57,414 bases of DNA from NCBI GenBank assembly GCA_947624865.1, contig CANQMH010000001.1, positions 1 to 57,414 of the forward strand, in the 5' to 3' direction. Position 1 is the first letter of the stretch. Every line of letters begins with the position of its first letter. Below the pieces are notes generated by a model, which saw nothing but the letters and a program-made list of their open reading frames with translations, was not told where the DNA came from and ran no database searches. This document shows positions 28,479 to 37,836 of this stretch, in pieces. A program made the translations under genes and the position numbers. The stretch is from an uncultured Clostridia bacterium. GTDB taxonomy: Bacteria; Bacillota; Clostridia; Oscillospirales; Acutalibacteraceae.

Positions 28479-28505
28479 ACATACGGTATGTTGCACGCAT
28501 ACTCT
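28479..28505 (+). promoter_or_regulatory. SigK-like (mother-cell) promoter upstream of the DUF2935 gene
   Basis: ACA-16 nt-CATACTCT matches the AC(A)-16-CATAnnnT pattern. Confidence 0.4.
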
Positions 28506-28549
28506 GTATAGAGTATGTATGATTTACTTATATTGTTACGGAGGGAAAT

Positions 28550-29443
28550 ATGAACACGGATAATTATACTGCAAAATCCTTGGAGCTTCATTTGTTTTTC
28601 GGCAGAATAATGAAAGAACATTCTCTGTTTCTAAGGGCTGGTTTTACTCCGGCAAATCCTTCATTTTCAGAGAGGGCAGAGTTTTTCAAAAGAGAATTTG
28701 AAAAATTACTTTCTCAGGCGGTATCTCTCAGCAACGGAAAAGTGAGCGAAGATGTTTTGTGTTCGGGTGAAGTAGTAACCGAGTTTACGGCTTTGGCAGA
28801 AAGGCAGACTGAACGTTTTACGGGCATTTCAATAAATAAATCAATAACCGAAAGGGAATTGCATTTACAAGTAGGCTGTCCTAAAGGCAGAAGTAATCCA
28901 AATTTATACCGACAGGTTAAAATGTTAAATCAAAGGGCATTAAAACTTCTTGACGGATTAATTTCATTTAAGGAAACTGTTTTGAGAAATGTTTTGCAAT
29001 GCGATATGTTTACAGCGAATTATCCTTTGCTGATAGAGCACATAATAAGAGAGGCAAAGCTGTATTGTGAATATGTTCTTGCACTTGAAAATGAGGGAGA
29101 TTTGCCCTGCCGCTCAATGAAAGAAATCGAGTGTTTCTGGAATCGCATAATGATGGAGCATGCTTTGTTTATACGCGGTCTGCTTGACCCGACAGAAACC
29201 GAACTGTTTAATTCTGCTGACGGATTTGCCAAAGATTATTCTGTTCTGCTGGAATCATGTAATAACGCTCATAGCAGAACGCTAAATATTTCTTCTCTTG
29301 AAGAAACCGAAAAATTCAGAAATTTCAAAGCTGCGGGTACCAAGGGAATAGAGGACTGCAAGATTCGTTCAATTATTTTACCTCTGCTTGCAGACCATGT
29401 TTTGCGTGAGGCAAACCATTATATACGATTGCTGAAATATTAA
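28550..29443 (+). CDS. DUF2935 domain-containing protein (tandem domains)
   Basis: FFGRIMKEHSLF / FWNRIMMEHALF and PLLIEHIIREA / PLLADHVLREANHY internal duplication. Confidence 0.8.
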   Translation: MNTDNYTAKSLELHLFFGRIMKEHSLFLRAGFTPANPSFSERAEFFKREFEKLLSQAVSLSNGKVSEDVLCSGEVVTEFTALAERQTERFTGISINKSITERELHLQVGCPKGRSNPNLYRQVKMLNQRALKLLDGLISFKETVLRNVLQCDMFTANYPLLIEHIIREAKLYCEYVLALENEGDLPCRSMKEIECFWNRIMMEHALFIRGLLDPTETELFNSADGFAKDYSVLLESCNNAHSRTLNISSLEETEKFRNFKAAGTKGIEDCKIRSIILPLLADHVLREANHYIRLLKY

Positions 29444-29497
29444 TTACAATAGATTTTATTATATTTAACTTCAACTGAATAATATACAAATCTTCTG

Positions 29498-29525
29498 AGC
29501 TGTGCATAAATGCGCAGCTTTTTTC
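29498..29525 (+). terminator. Intrinsic terminator
   Basis: agctgtgca-taaa-tgcgcagct + T tract. Confidence 0.7.
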
Positions 29526-29603
29526 TTTATTTTGGAAAAATACTTTTATAAATTAATGAATTATGATATACTATAAAATGAATATATATTGGAGTTGATA
29601 TAA

Positions 29604-30869
29604 TTGAATTTCATAAACAGGGATGAAATTGCTGACGGCGTCTTTTTCAGCAGTATTAAGGACAGTCGTTTTAAAACTATGAAAATAAGTGCAAATATAA
29701 TAGTTCCGTTGTCAGAGGAAACTGCTTCCGCAAACGCTCTTTTATGCGGAGTGCTCTCACGCTCGTGCAAAACCTATCCTGATTTTACACAGTTGAGCAA
29801 AAAACTCAGTTCGCTTTACGGAGCGGATCTTGACACAACAATTCGTAAGGCAGGAGATTGTCAGCTGCTAAGTATATCTGCTTCGGGACTTGATGACAGA
29901 TATGTGTTTTCAGGAGAAAGCATTGCCCGCGAACTTTCACTTTTGCTGTGCAGCGTAATCTTTGAGCCTAATCTCTGTGGCAACGCATTTATAGAAAGCG
30001 AGGTTGAGCAGGAACGCAGACAGCTTCTCGATTTAATTGATTCTGAATTTAATGACAAGCGTATTTATGCAAACGGACAGCTTATCAAATATATGTGTGC
30101 CGACGAGGTTTTCGGTATGAAACGCTACGGCACTGCCGATAAAATAAAAGAAATTACACCTGCCTCATTGTATAAAACGTGGCAAAATATTTTGAAAACT
30201 GCAACCTTTGAGATTATGTACATTGGCGACAGCTCTTCTGAAAAAGCAAAAGAAGTGTTTGGCAATGCTTTTTCAAATGTTGAGCGTACTCCGTCAGAAA
30301 TAAAAACTGAGTTTGTCCGCAGTGCAGAAGATGTCAAGCATATTACTGAGGAAATGAAGCTTTCTCAGTCAAAGCTTGTTATGGGTTTTAGAACAGGTGT
30401 GGCAATTCCGGACAAAGAAGTAAATGCAACGCGTCTGATGTGTGCAATTCTCGGAGGAACAGCCAATTCAAAGCTTTTCTGCAATGTTCGTGAAAAGCAG
30501 AGTCTTTGCTATTACTGTGCGTCACGATATGACAGGCAAAAGGGTATTCTCACAGTTGACAGCGGCGTTGAGGGTGAAAATATTGAAAAAGCAGAAGAAG
30601 GGATATTAAAAGAAATTGAAGATATGAAAAACGGAGTAATAACCGATTTTGAAATAGAAGCAACAAAAATGGCGGTTGTTAATTCATTCTACACGACGAA
30701 TGATACTGTCAGCGGAATAGAAACATGGTATGCAAGCCAGCTTTTTGACGGCTCGTTTAAAACGATAGAAGAGCTTTCTGCGGAAATAAATGCAGTAAGC
30801 AGGGAAGAAATAATTAAGGCGGCGCAAAAGCTTACTCTTGACACGGTATATATATTAAAAAATAAGTAA
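29604..30869 (+). CDS. M16 peptidase-like protein, non-catalytic subunit (YmfF/YfmF-like)
   Basis: RFKT, LYGA, SKLF.NVREK.SLCYY; no HxxEH; paired with the ymfH-like gene. Confidence 0.85.
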   Translation: MNFINRDEIADGVFFSSIKDSRFKTMKISANIIVPLSEETASANALLCGVLSRSCKTYPDFTQLSKKLSSLYGADLDTTIRKAGDCQLLSISASGLDDRYVFSGESIARELSLLLCSVIFEPNLCGNAFIESEVEQERRQLLDLIDSEFNDKRIYANGQLIKYMCADEVFGMKRYGTADKIKEITPASLYKTWQNILKTATFEIMYIGDSSSEKAKEVFGNAFSNVERTPSEIKTEFVRSAEDVKHITEEMKLSQSKLVMGFRTGVAIPDKEVNATRLMCAILGGTANSKLFCNVREKQSLCYYCASRYDRQKGILTVDSGVEGENIEKAEEGILKEIEDMKNGVITDFEIEATKMAVVNSFYTTNDTVSGIETWYASQLFDGSFKTIEELSAEINAVSREEIIKAAQKLTLDTVYILKNK

Positions 30870-30880
30870 GAGGTAGTTAA

Positions 30881-32161
30881 ATGAATATAACAGAAATCAA
30901 ATCGGAATTAATCGGCGACAGTTATTTTAAAATCAATCATCCGTCGGGACTTACAATATATGTTTATCCCAAAGAGGGCTATAAATCGTCATATGCGATT
31001 TTCGGAACAAAATACGGAAGTATTAACACCTGCTTTTCTGTTGACGAAGGCGAAAAAATTACCGTACCGGACGGCATTGCACATTATCTTGAGCATAAAC
31101 TGTTCGAGAGTGAGGACGGCGACGCCTTTGTGCGTTACGCAAAGACAGGCGCGAATGCAAACGCTTATACAAGCTTTGAAAAAACCTGCTATCTTTTTTC
31201 ATGTACGGACAAGTTTGACGAAAGCCTTGAAATTCTTCTTGACTTTGTTCAGGACCCGTATTTTACAGCTCAGACTGTTGCAAAGGAACAGGGGATAATA
31301 GGGCAGGAAATCAAGATGTATGATGACTCTCCCGATTGGCGCGTAATGTTCAATATGCTTGGGGGAATGTATAAAAATCATCCTGTAAAAATTGACATAG
31401 CAGGAACAGTTGAAAGCATTGCGCAAATCACAGCCGAAAAGCTGTATGAAATCTACAACGTATTCTACAATCTGAATAATATGGTGCTCTGTGTTTCAGG
31501 AAACGTAACAGTAGAACAGGTGATTAAAACCGCGGATAAGATGCTTAAAACAAGTGAAAAACACAACATCAAAAATTATTTTGAGGACGAGTCTTATGAA
31601 ATCTGCGAGCCTTATGTTGAACAGAACTTTCCCGTTTCAATGCCATTGTTCAATCTTGGATTTAAGGAAAAGGCAGATGAAATTCTGAACGCAGAAAAAC
31701 TTGCTCAAACTGATATTCTGCTTTCAATGATTGCGTCACAGACAAGTACGCTGTACCGCAGTCTTATGGACGCAAACCTCATTAACAACACGTTTTCCTA
31801 TGAACTGTTTGAGGGACCCGGTTATTGCTCGGTGATATTCGGCGGAGAATCCCGCGCACCGAAACAGGCGACTGAAATGATAAAGCAGTATATTTGCAAA
31901 ATCAAAGCAGACGGACTTGAAAGAAGTGACTTTGAAATTGCACAAAAGGCAGTTTACGGCGATATAGTTTCGTCACTCAATTCCGTAAGCTCAATTTCCA
32001 ATACAATTGCAGATTACCATTTCTGCGGAAACGAGCTGTTTTCTTATATTGAAGCTGTATCAAAGACCACATTTAATGATGTAAGCAAAAGATTAAGCGA
32101 AATGCTTGATGTAAACAACTGCACTCTTTCTGTTGTAAAGCAGGCTGAAAACGAGGTTTAA
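30881..32161 (+). CDS. M16 family zinc peptidase (YmfH/YfmH-like)
   Basis: PDGIAHYLEHKLFE (HxxEH), ANAYTS, KEQGIIGQEI.MY.D. Confidence 0.9.
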   Translation: MNITEIKSELIGDSYFKINHPSGLTIYVYPKEGYKSSYAIFGTKYGSINTCFSVDEGEKITVPDGIAHYLEHKLFESEDGDAFVRYAKTGANANAYTSFEKTCYLFSCTDKFDESLEILLDFVQDPYFTAQTVAKEQGIIGQEIKMYDDSPDWRVMFNMLGGMYKNHPVKIDIAGTVESIAQITAEKLYEIYNVFYNLNNMVLCVSGNVTVEQVIKTADKMLKTSEKHNIKNYFEDESYEICEPYVEQNFPVSMPLFNLGFKEKADEILNAEKLAQTDILLSMIASQTSTLYRSLMDANLINNTFSYELFEGPGYCSVIFGGESRAPKQATEMIKQYICKIKADGLERSDFEIAQKAVYGDIVSSLNSVSSISNTIADYHFCGNELFSYIEAVSKTTFNDVSKRLSEMLDVNNCTLSVVKQAENEV

Positions 32162-32162
32162 T

Positions 32163-33029
32163 ATGAATTATAATGTCAGCTTTCCTGGCTTGGGTCTTGA
32201 ATTTTCAATCAGTCCCATAGCATTTTCAATCGGAACATACCATATATACTGGTACGGAATAATAATAGCCGCAGGCCTGATGCTTGCAGTTTTGTATGCT
32301 TACAAAAGCGCACCGCGTTACAATGTTAACGGCAACAAGCTGATAAACTGCGTGCTTGTCGGAATAGTAACGGGAATAATCGGCGCAAGACTATATTTTT
32401 GCATTTTTCAATGGGACAGTTACTACAGCAAACATCCCATTGAAATCCTCTACATAAATAACGGAGGACTTGCAATTTACGGGGGCATAATAGGAGCTCT
32501 GCTCGGAGGACTTGTTGTGGCAAAAATTCAGAAAATGAAGATTCTGCCGATTCTTGATATAGCAATGATGGGATTTTTGCTCGGACAGGGAATAGGCAGA
32601 TGGGGCAATTTTATGAATCAGGAGGCATACGGAACACCCACTGATTTGCCTTGGAGAATGGTAAGCGAGGGAACGCATAATATAGCTGTTCATCCGTGCT
32701 TTTTATATGAGTCGCTTTGGTGCCTGCTGGGATTTGTACTGCTTCATTTTTACGGAAAGTACAGGCAGAAGTATTCGGGACAAATCTTCTTTATGTATCT
32801 TGTGTGGTACGGATTTGAGAGAATGTTGGTTGAGGGACTGAGAACCGACAGCCTTTATCTTTTCGAAACAGGAATTCGTGTTTCACAGCTGCTCTCATTT
32901 GCAATTTTTGTAACAGGAATAGTATTATTAATTATAAACAGAAAAAAGGAGGATCCTTTCTATGCAGATTATAGACGGAAAAAAGGTATCGGCACTGGTA
33001 AAGGAAGAAGTAAAAAAGCAAACGCTTGA
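32163..33029 (+). CDS. lgt: Prolipoprotein diacylglyceryl transferase
   Basis: WYG, GARLY, GGLAIYG, GRWGNF.NQE.YG, HP.FLYES. Confidence 0.95.
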   Translation: MNYNVSFPGLGLEFSISPIAFSIGTYHIYWYGIIIAAGLMLAVLYAYKSAPRYNVNGNKLINCVLVGIVTGIIGARLYFCIFQWDSYYSKHPIEILYINNGGLAIYGGIIGALLGGLVVAKIQKMKILPILDIAMMGFLLGQGIGRWGNFMNQEAYGTPTDLPWRMVSEGTHNIAVHPCFLYESLWCLLGFVLLHFYGKYRQKYSGQIFFMYLVWYGFERMLVEGLRTDSLYLFETGIRVSQLLSFAIFVTGIVLLIINRKKEDPFYADYRRKKGIGTGKGRSKKANA

Positions 33030-33813
33030 ATTAAAAGAGCAGTACGGAATAACTCCGGGACTTGCTGTTGTAATAGTCGGCGACGACCCGGCTTCCCGAG
33101 TTTATGTAAACAATAAGAAAAAGGCTTGCGAGCTTGTCGGATTCAAGTCAGAGGAATTCTCTCTGCCTGCTGAAACAACACAGGAGGAGCTTTTAAATCT
33201 TGTTAAAACTTTAAATGAGAAAAAGGACATTAATGGTATTCTTGTTCAGCTGCCTCTGCCTGAACATCTTGATGATAAGGCAGTAATAGAGGCTATTAAT
33301 CCGCTCAAGGATGTTGATGCTTTTCACGCAGTAAATGTAGGCAAAATAATGCTCGGCGAATATGATTTCATGCCCTGCACACCGGCAGGCGTAATGGAAA
33401 TGCTTCACTCATACAATATTCCAGTAAACGGCAAAAACTGCGTTGTAATCGGACGCAGCAACATTGTCGGCAAGCCTATGGCGATGCTTCTGCTTCACGA
33501 AAACGGAACAGTAACAATTTGTCACAGCTGTACTCAGAATCTTGCAGAGATTTGCTCAAAGGCAGACATCCTTGTGGCGGCAGTCGGAAAACCGAAATTT
33601 GTAACTGCCGATATGGTCAAAGAGGGTGCAGTAGTAATCGACGTGGGTATGGACAGAGATGAAAACGGAAAGCTTTGCGGTGACGTTGACTTTGAAAATG
33701 TTAAGGATAAGTGCTCCTACATAACACCTGTTCCCGGCGGCGTAGGACCTATGACTGTTGCAACTCTTATGAAAAATACTCTCAAGGCTGCGAAGATACA
33801 AAATAACCTGTAA
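32962..33813 (+). CDS. folD: Methylenetetrahydrofolate dehydrogenase/cyclohydrolase
   Basis: VGDDPAS.VY, GILVQLPLP, KDVD, PCTP, GRSNIVGKP, TPVPGGVGPMT. Confidence 0.96.
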   Translation: MQIIDGKKVSALVKEEVKKQTLELKEQYGITPGLAVVIVGDDPASRVYVNNKKKACELVGFKSEEFSLPAETTQEELLNLVKTLNEKKDINGILVQLPLPEHLDDKAVIEAINPLKDVDAFHAVNVGKIMLGEYDFMPCTPAGVMEMLHSYNIPVNGKNCVVIGRSNIVGKPMAMLLLHENGTVTICHSCTQNLAEICSKADILVAAVGKPKFVTADMVKEGAVVIDVGMDRDENGKLCGDVDFENVKDKCSYITPVPGGVGPMTVATLMKNTLKAAKIQNNL

Positions 33814-33831
33814 ATTTTTGTAACAAAACCG

Positions 33832-33860
33832 TTGACAACACAATTGCTTTGTGTTATAGT
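33832..33860 (+). promoter_or_regulatory. SigA promoter of the rplU operon
   Basis: TTGACA-17 nt-TATAGT with TG extended -10. Confidence 0.75.
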
Positions 33861-33863
33861 ATA

Positions 33864-33925
33864 TAAGCCGCATATTGTGGGTTATAAGTGACTTGTTCCA
33901 CCTGCAGATAGCGAGCCCAATGAAA
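33864..33925 (+). ncRNA. Putative L21 ribosomal-protein leader
   Basis: GC-richer structured 5' UTR (gccgca...tgggtt...gcgagccca) between promoter and rplU; position matches the known L21 leader; no covariance model run. Confidence 0.4.
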
Positions 33926-33939
33926 AGGATGGTACAAAA

Positions 33940-34248
33940 ATGTACGCAGTTATTCAGACAGGCGGCAAGCAGTACAAGGTAACAAATGACGAAGTTATCT
34001 TTATTGAGAAGCTTAACGCCGAAGCTCAGGACACAGTAACATTTGACGTTGTAGCCGTTGGCACAGACGACGGCATCAAGGTCGGCACACCTTTTGTAGA
34101 GGGTGCAAAGGTTACAGGTGAAGTATTAAAGAACGGTAAAGGCAAAAAAATCAGAGTTGCTACTTACAAGCCTAAAAAGGGTGAGAAGAGAGCAAAGGGT
34201 CACAGACAGCCTTACACACAGGTTAAGATTACTTCAATCGAAGCCTAA
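33940..34248 (+). CDS. rplU: 50S ribosomal protein L21
   Basis: [21 protein letters not shown]. Confidence 0.97.
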   Translation: MYAVIQTGGKQYKVTNDEVIFIEKLNAEAQDTVTFDVVAVGTDDGIKVGTPFVEGAKVTGEVLKNGKGKKIRVATYKPKKGEKRAKGHRQPYTQVKITSIEA

Positions 34249-34250
34249 GT

Positions 34251-34568
34251 ATGATTACGGTAACTTTTATTTGTTCGGATAATTTAATTTGCGGTTTCAA
34301 TGTCAGCGGACATTCTGGTTATGCCGACGAAGGTTCTGACATAGTTTGCGCAGCGGTAAGCTCCGCAGTGCTTATGACGGCAAATTCAATTACCGAAATT
34401 CAGCATTTAAAAGCAGAAGTTACCTGTGATGACGGACTTCTTGACTTAAAGCTGTCATCAGACGAAGCCGAAAAAGCCGCAGTTATTCTTAACGGATTAA
34501 GGCTTCACTTAACTGCTCTTTCAGAGCAATATAAAAAGTATATAATAGTTAAATTTTCGGAGGTGTAA
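34251..34568 (+). CDS. prp: Ribosomal-processing cysteine protease Prp
   Basis: [17 protein letters not shown]; between rplU and rpmA. Confidence 0.93.
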   Translation: MITVTFICSDNLICGFNVSGHSGYADEGSDIVCAAVSSAVLMTANSITEIQHLKAEVTCDDGLLDLKLSSDEAEKAAVILNGLRLHLTALSEQYKKYIIVKFSEV

Positions 34569-34572
34569 GGTA

Positions 34573-34857
34573 ATGCTTAAAATAAACATTCAGTTATTCG
34601 CTCATAAAAAAGGTATGGGTTCTACAAAGAACGGCCGTGACAGTGAATCAAAACGTCTTGGCGTTAAGCGTGCAGACGGACAGAAGGTTCTTGCAGGCAA
34701 TATTCTTGTAAAGCAGAGAGGCACACATATTCATCCTGGTGAAAATGTAGGCAAAGGTTCTGACGATACGCTGTTTGCAAAGGTTGACGGCGTTCTCAGA
34801 TTCGAGCGTGTCGGCAAAAACAGAAAGCGTGCAAGCGTTTATCCTGTTGAGCAGTAA
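34573..34857 (+). CDS. rpmA: 50S ribosomal protein L27 with Prp-cleaved N-terminal extension
   Basis: [24 protein letters not shown]. Confidence 0.97.
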   Translation: MLKINIQLFAHKKGMGSTKNGRDSESKRLGVKRADGQKVLAGNILVKQRGTHIHPGENVGKGSDDTLFAKVDGVLRFERVGKNRKRASVYPVEQ

Positions 34858-34871
34858 TTTATAGTAAACTG

Positions 34872-34901
34872 AGGGCGGATTTTACTCCGCCCTTATTTTT
34901 T
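34872..34901 (+). terminator. Intrinsic terminator
   Basis: agggcgga-N6-tccgccct + T tract. Confidence 0.8.
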
Positions 34902-35003
34902 AATCGGTAAAAAATATACGACCGTTTATCAATAATATTAATGATGAAAACGGGAATATTACAGAATGTGCAGAAAGTATGTCATATATTATAAGGTGTT
35001 AAT

Positions 35004-36275
35004 ATGTTTGTAGATACGGCTAAAATCAAGATAAAAGCAGGTGACGGAGGCGACGGAGCGGTTTCCTTTCACCGTGAAAAATATGTAGCGGCAGGAGGTC
35101 CCGACGGCGGTGACGGAGGACGAGGCGGAAACGTGGTTTTTGTTGCAGACTCAAATCTTTCAACTCTCGCCGATTTCAGATATAAAAGAAAATATTTTGC
35201 AGCAAAGGGCGAAAACGGACGCGGAGGTCGCTGTAAAGGCAAAAATGCCGAAGATTTAATAATCCGCGTTCCTATAGGTACTCTTGTCAAAGAGGAGAGC
35301 ACAGGACGAATTCTTGCAGATGTTTCAACAAAAGAGCCTTGCATTGTAGCCAAAGGCGGAAAAGGCGGATGGGGAAATCCTCATTTTGCGACTCCCGTAC
35401 GTCAGGTACCCCGATTTGCAAAACCAGGTCTGCCTGGTGAGGAGTTCGATGTTGTTCTCGAACTCAAATTGCTTGCAGATGTAGGTCTTGTGGGTTTTCC
35501 AAATGTAGGAAAAAGTACCCTTGTGTCTGTTGTATCGCAGGCAAAGCCTGAAATAGCAAACTATCACTTTACAACAATAACACCTGTTCTCGGAGTCGTA
35601 TCAATGGGAGAGGGTTCTTCGTTCGTAATGGCGGATATTCCCGGCCTTATTGAGGGCGCATGGCAGGGAACGGGACTTGGTCATCAGTTTTTAAGACATG
35701 TGGAACGCTGTCGTATGCTGGTGCATATTGTTGATGTATCGGGCAGTGAAGGCAGAAATCCTGTTAAGGATTTTGAAACAATAAATGCAGAGCTTACAAA
35801 GTTTAATCCCGAGCTTGCACAGTGTCCTATGGTCGTTGCGGGCAACAAGTGTGATATGGCGACAGATGAGCAGATAGAGGAGTTTAAACAGTATGTTGAA
35901 AGCAAGGGTTATGAATTTTTCCCGATTATGGCGGCAATTCGCTATGATGTTGACCCATTGCTGAAAAAGATACAGGAAATGCTTTCAAAACTTCCTCCGA
36001 TTACCCGCTATGAGGCAGAACCGGCGCCTGTTGTAAATGTAGAAGATTTTGATGACCATTCTGTTACGATCAAAAATGTCAACGGCATTTTCACTGTTGA
36101 GGCTGATTGGCTGTTACAGGTGATGAAAGGCATTAATTTTGACGACTATGAAAGCCTTAACTACTTTCAGAAAGTGCTTATCAACAGCGGTGTAATAGAA
36201 GCTCTGCGTCAAAAGGGCTGTACAGACGGAGATACGGTTTCGATTTATGATGTTGAATTTGATTTTATGGATTAA
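35004..36275 (+). CDS. obgE: GTPase ObgE/CgtA
   Basis: Gly-rich Obg fold, GLVGFPNVGKST, YHFTT, DIPGLIEGA, NKCD, OCT tail. Confidence 0.97.
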   Translation: MFVDTAKIKIKAGDGGDGAVSFHREKYVAAGGPDGGDGGRGGNVVFVADSNLSTLADFRYKRKYFAAKGENGRGGRCKGKNAEDLIIRVPIGTLVKEESTGRILADVSTKEPCIVAKGGKGGWGNPHFATPVRQVPRFAKPGLPGEEFDVVLELKLLADVGLVGFPNVGKSTLVSVVSQAKPEIANYHFTTITPVLGVVSMGEGSSFVMADIPGLIEGAWQGTGLGHQFLRHVERCRMLVHIVDVSGSEGRNPVKDFETINAELTKFNPELAQCPMVVAGNKCDMATDEQIEEFKQYVESKGYEFFPIMAAIRYDVDPLLKKIQEMLSKLPPITRYEAEPAPVVNVEDFDDHSVTIKNVNGIFTVEADWLLQVMKGINFDDYESLNYFQKVLINSGVIEALRQKGCTDGDTVSIYDVEFDFMD

Positions 36276-36306
36276 TACTATTTTAAAATAATACGGAGTG
36301 CGATTT

Positions 36307-36705
36307 ATGGAAAACACAGCGCCTGTGCATAATAAAACAGATGAATATTCACCGCTTACATTGGCATTTGTAGGCGACGGAGTTTATGATTTGCTGGTAA
36401 GAGAATACCTTGTCCGCAGAGCAAATCAGCCTGTCGGAGAGCTTAATAAAATCAAGGTTTCGCTTGTAAACTGCAAGAGTCAGGCTTTATTTGCAAAACA
36501 GATAATGCCGAGCCTTACGGAAAAAGAAGCGGCAATTTACAGGCGCGGCAGGAACGCCGCACCTAAATGTACTCCAAAAAACGGCTCGGTTGCCGACTAT
36601 CACAGTGCAACAGGTCTTGAATGTTTATTCGGATATCTTCATTTAAACGGTGAAACCGACAGATTAAACGAACTTTTCAATTTAATCTTACATAATGCAT
36701 TTTAA
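36307..36705 (+). CDS. mrnC: Mini-ribonuclease III
   Basis: LAFVGDGVY, RRGRN, Y..ATGLECLFGYL. Confidence 0.9.
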   Translation: MENTAPVHNKTDEYSPLTLAFVGDGVYDLLVREYLVRRANQPVGELNKIKVSLVNCKSQALFAKQIMPSLTEKEAAIYRRGRNAAPKCTPKNGSVADYHSATGLECLFGYLHLNGETDRLNELFNLILHNAF

Positions 36706-36722
36706 AATTGGATAGTGATTAA

Positions 36723-37619
36723 ATGAAAAGTTCAAAATTTAAATTTACCAAACCGACATTAGCATCAGTACGTTCAACTGCTTTCGATTACTTTGTAATT
36801 GCAGGCGGTTCGGTAATATATGCTTTGTCGGTTGTTATTTTTACGTCGCCGAATAATATTGCTCCGGGAGGACTCACGGGAATTTCGACAATGCTCAATT
36901 ATATGTTTTCCGTGCCGATTGGTGCTTTTATTTTTATATTGAATATTCCGCTGTTTGTTTGGGGAGCAATAGAAAACGGATTTAATTTTCTTACAAAGAC
37001 GATTATCGGAACAGCGTTTATATCTGTTGCAATAGATGCGTTATCGCCTGTTTTGCCTGCCTATACGGGAGATACAATCCTTGCTTCTATATTCGGAGGA
37101 ATTCTGAACGGAGCAGGACTTGGATTTATATTTTACCGCGGAGGCTCTACCGGCGGAACAGACATAATAGCTTTGAACATTCACAAGCGTATGCCTCATA
37201 TTTCAACAGGAAATATAATACTGCTTGCCGACATAGTAATACTCATAATGGTATTTTTTGTTTACAACAGCCTTGAAAGTGTTCTTTATGCAGTTATCAC
37301 TATTTTTGTAAGCATAAAAGTAATAGATACAATTTCCTACGGCACGTCCAGAGGAAACGGCAAACTGATGTTTATAATAACAAACAATTATCAAGAGATA
37401 AGCAATGGGATAATGAAAGACCTTGAAAGGGGAGTTACCCTGCTTGACGGCGAAGGAGCATACAGCGGCGAAAAGAAACGCATCATAATGTGTGCGGTTC
37501 GTCCTCAGCAGGTCTTTAGGATAACTTCAGCTGTGAAGAAAATTGACCGCAATGCATTTATTATTGTTACTACAGCAGGAACAATAAGAGGAGAGGGCTT
37601 TGCACGAAAAGATGAGTAA
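36723..37619 (+). CDS. YitT family membrane protein
   Basis: PGGLTG, LNIPLF, GSTGGTDI, RGVT...GEGAYS, C-terminal DUF2179 (..GEGF). Confidence 0.9.
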   Translation: MKSSKFKFTKPTLASVRSTAFDYFVIAGGSVIYALSVVIFTSPNNIAPGGLTGISTMLNYMFSVPIGAFIFILNIPLFVWGAIENGFNFLTKTIIGTAFISVAIDALSPVLPAYTGDTILASIFGGILNGAGLGFIFYRGGSTGGTDIIALNIHKRMPHISTGNIILLADIVILIMVFFVYNSLESVLYAVITIFVSIKVIDTISYGTSRGNGKLMFIITNNYQEISNGIMKDLERGVTLLDGEGAYSGEKKRIIMCAVRPQQVFRITSAVKKIDRNAFIIVTTAGTIRGEGFARKDE

Positions 37620-37630
37620 TTAATATATAG

Positions 37631-37662
37631 ATAAAAGGCTGTTCATATGAACAGCCTTTTAT
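37631..37662. terminator. Perfect 32-bp palindrome, probable terminator
   Basis: ataaaaggctgttcat|atgaacagccttttat. Confidence 0.75.
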
Positions 37663-37836
37663 AATGCTATAATATAATGGCTATTTACTTTATTTTAGCT
37701 TATAATTTGTCGAATTATAAAAATATGTATAAAAATACTAAAAAACTATTTAAAATAGAAGAAAATAATGTTATAATATATTCTAACACAAATTTTGCAA
37801 AATAATATCTCAAAAAAGTGAAAGACGGTGATTAAT

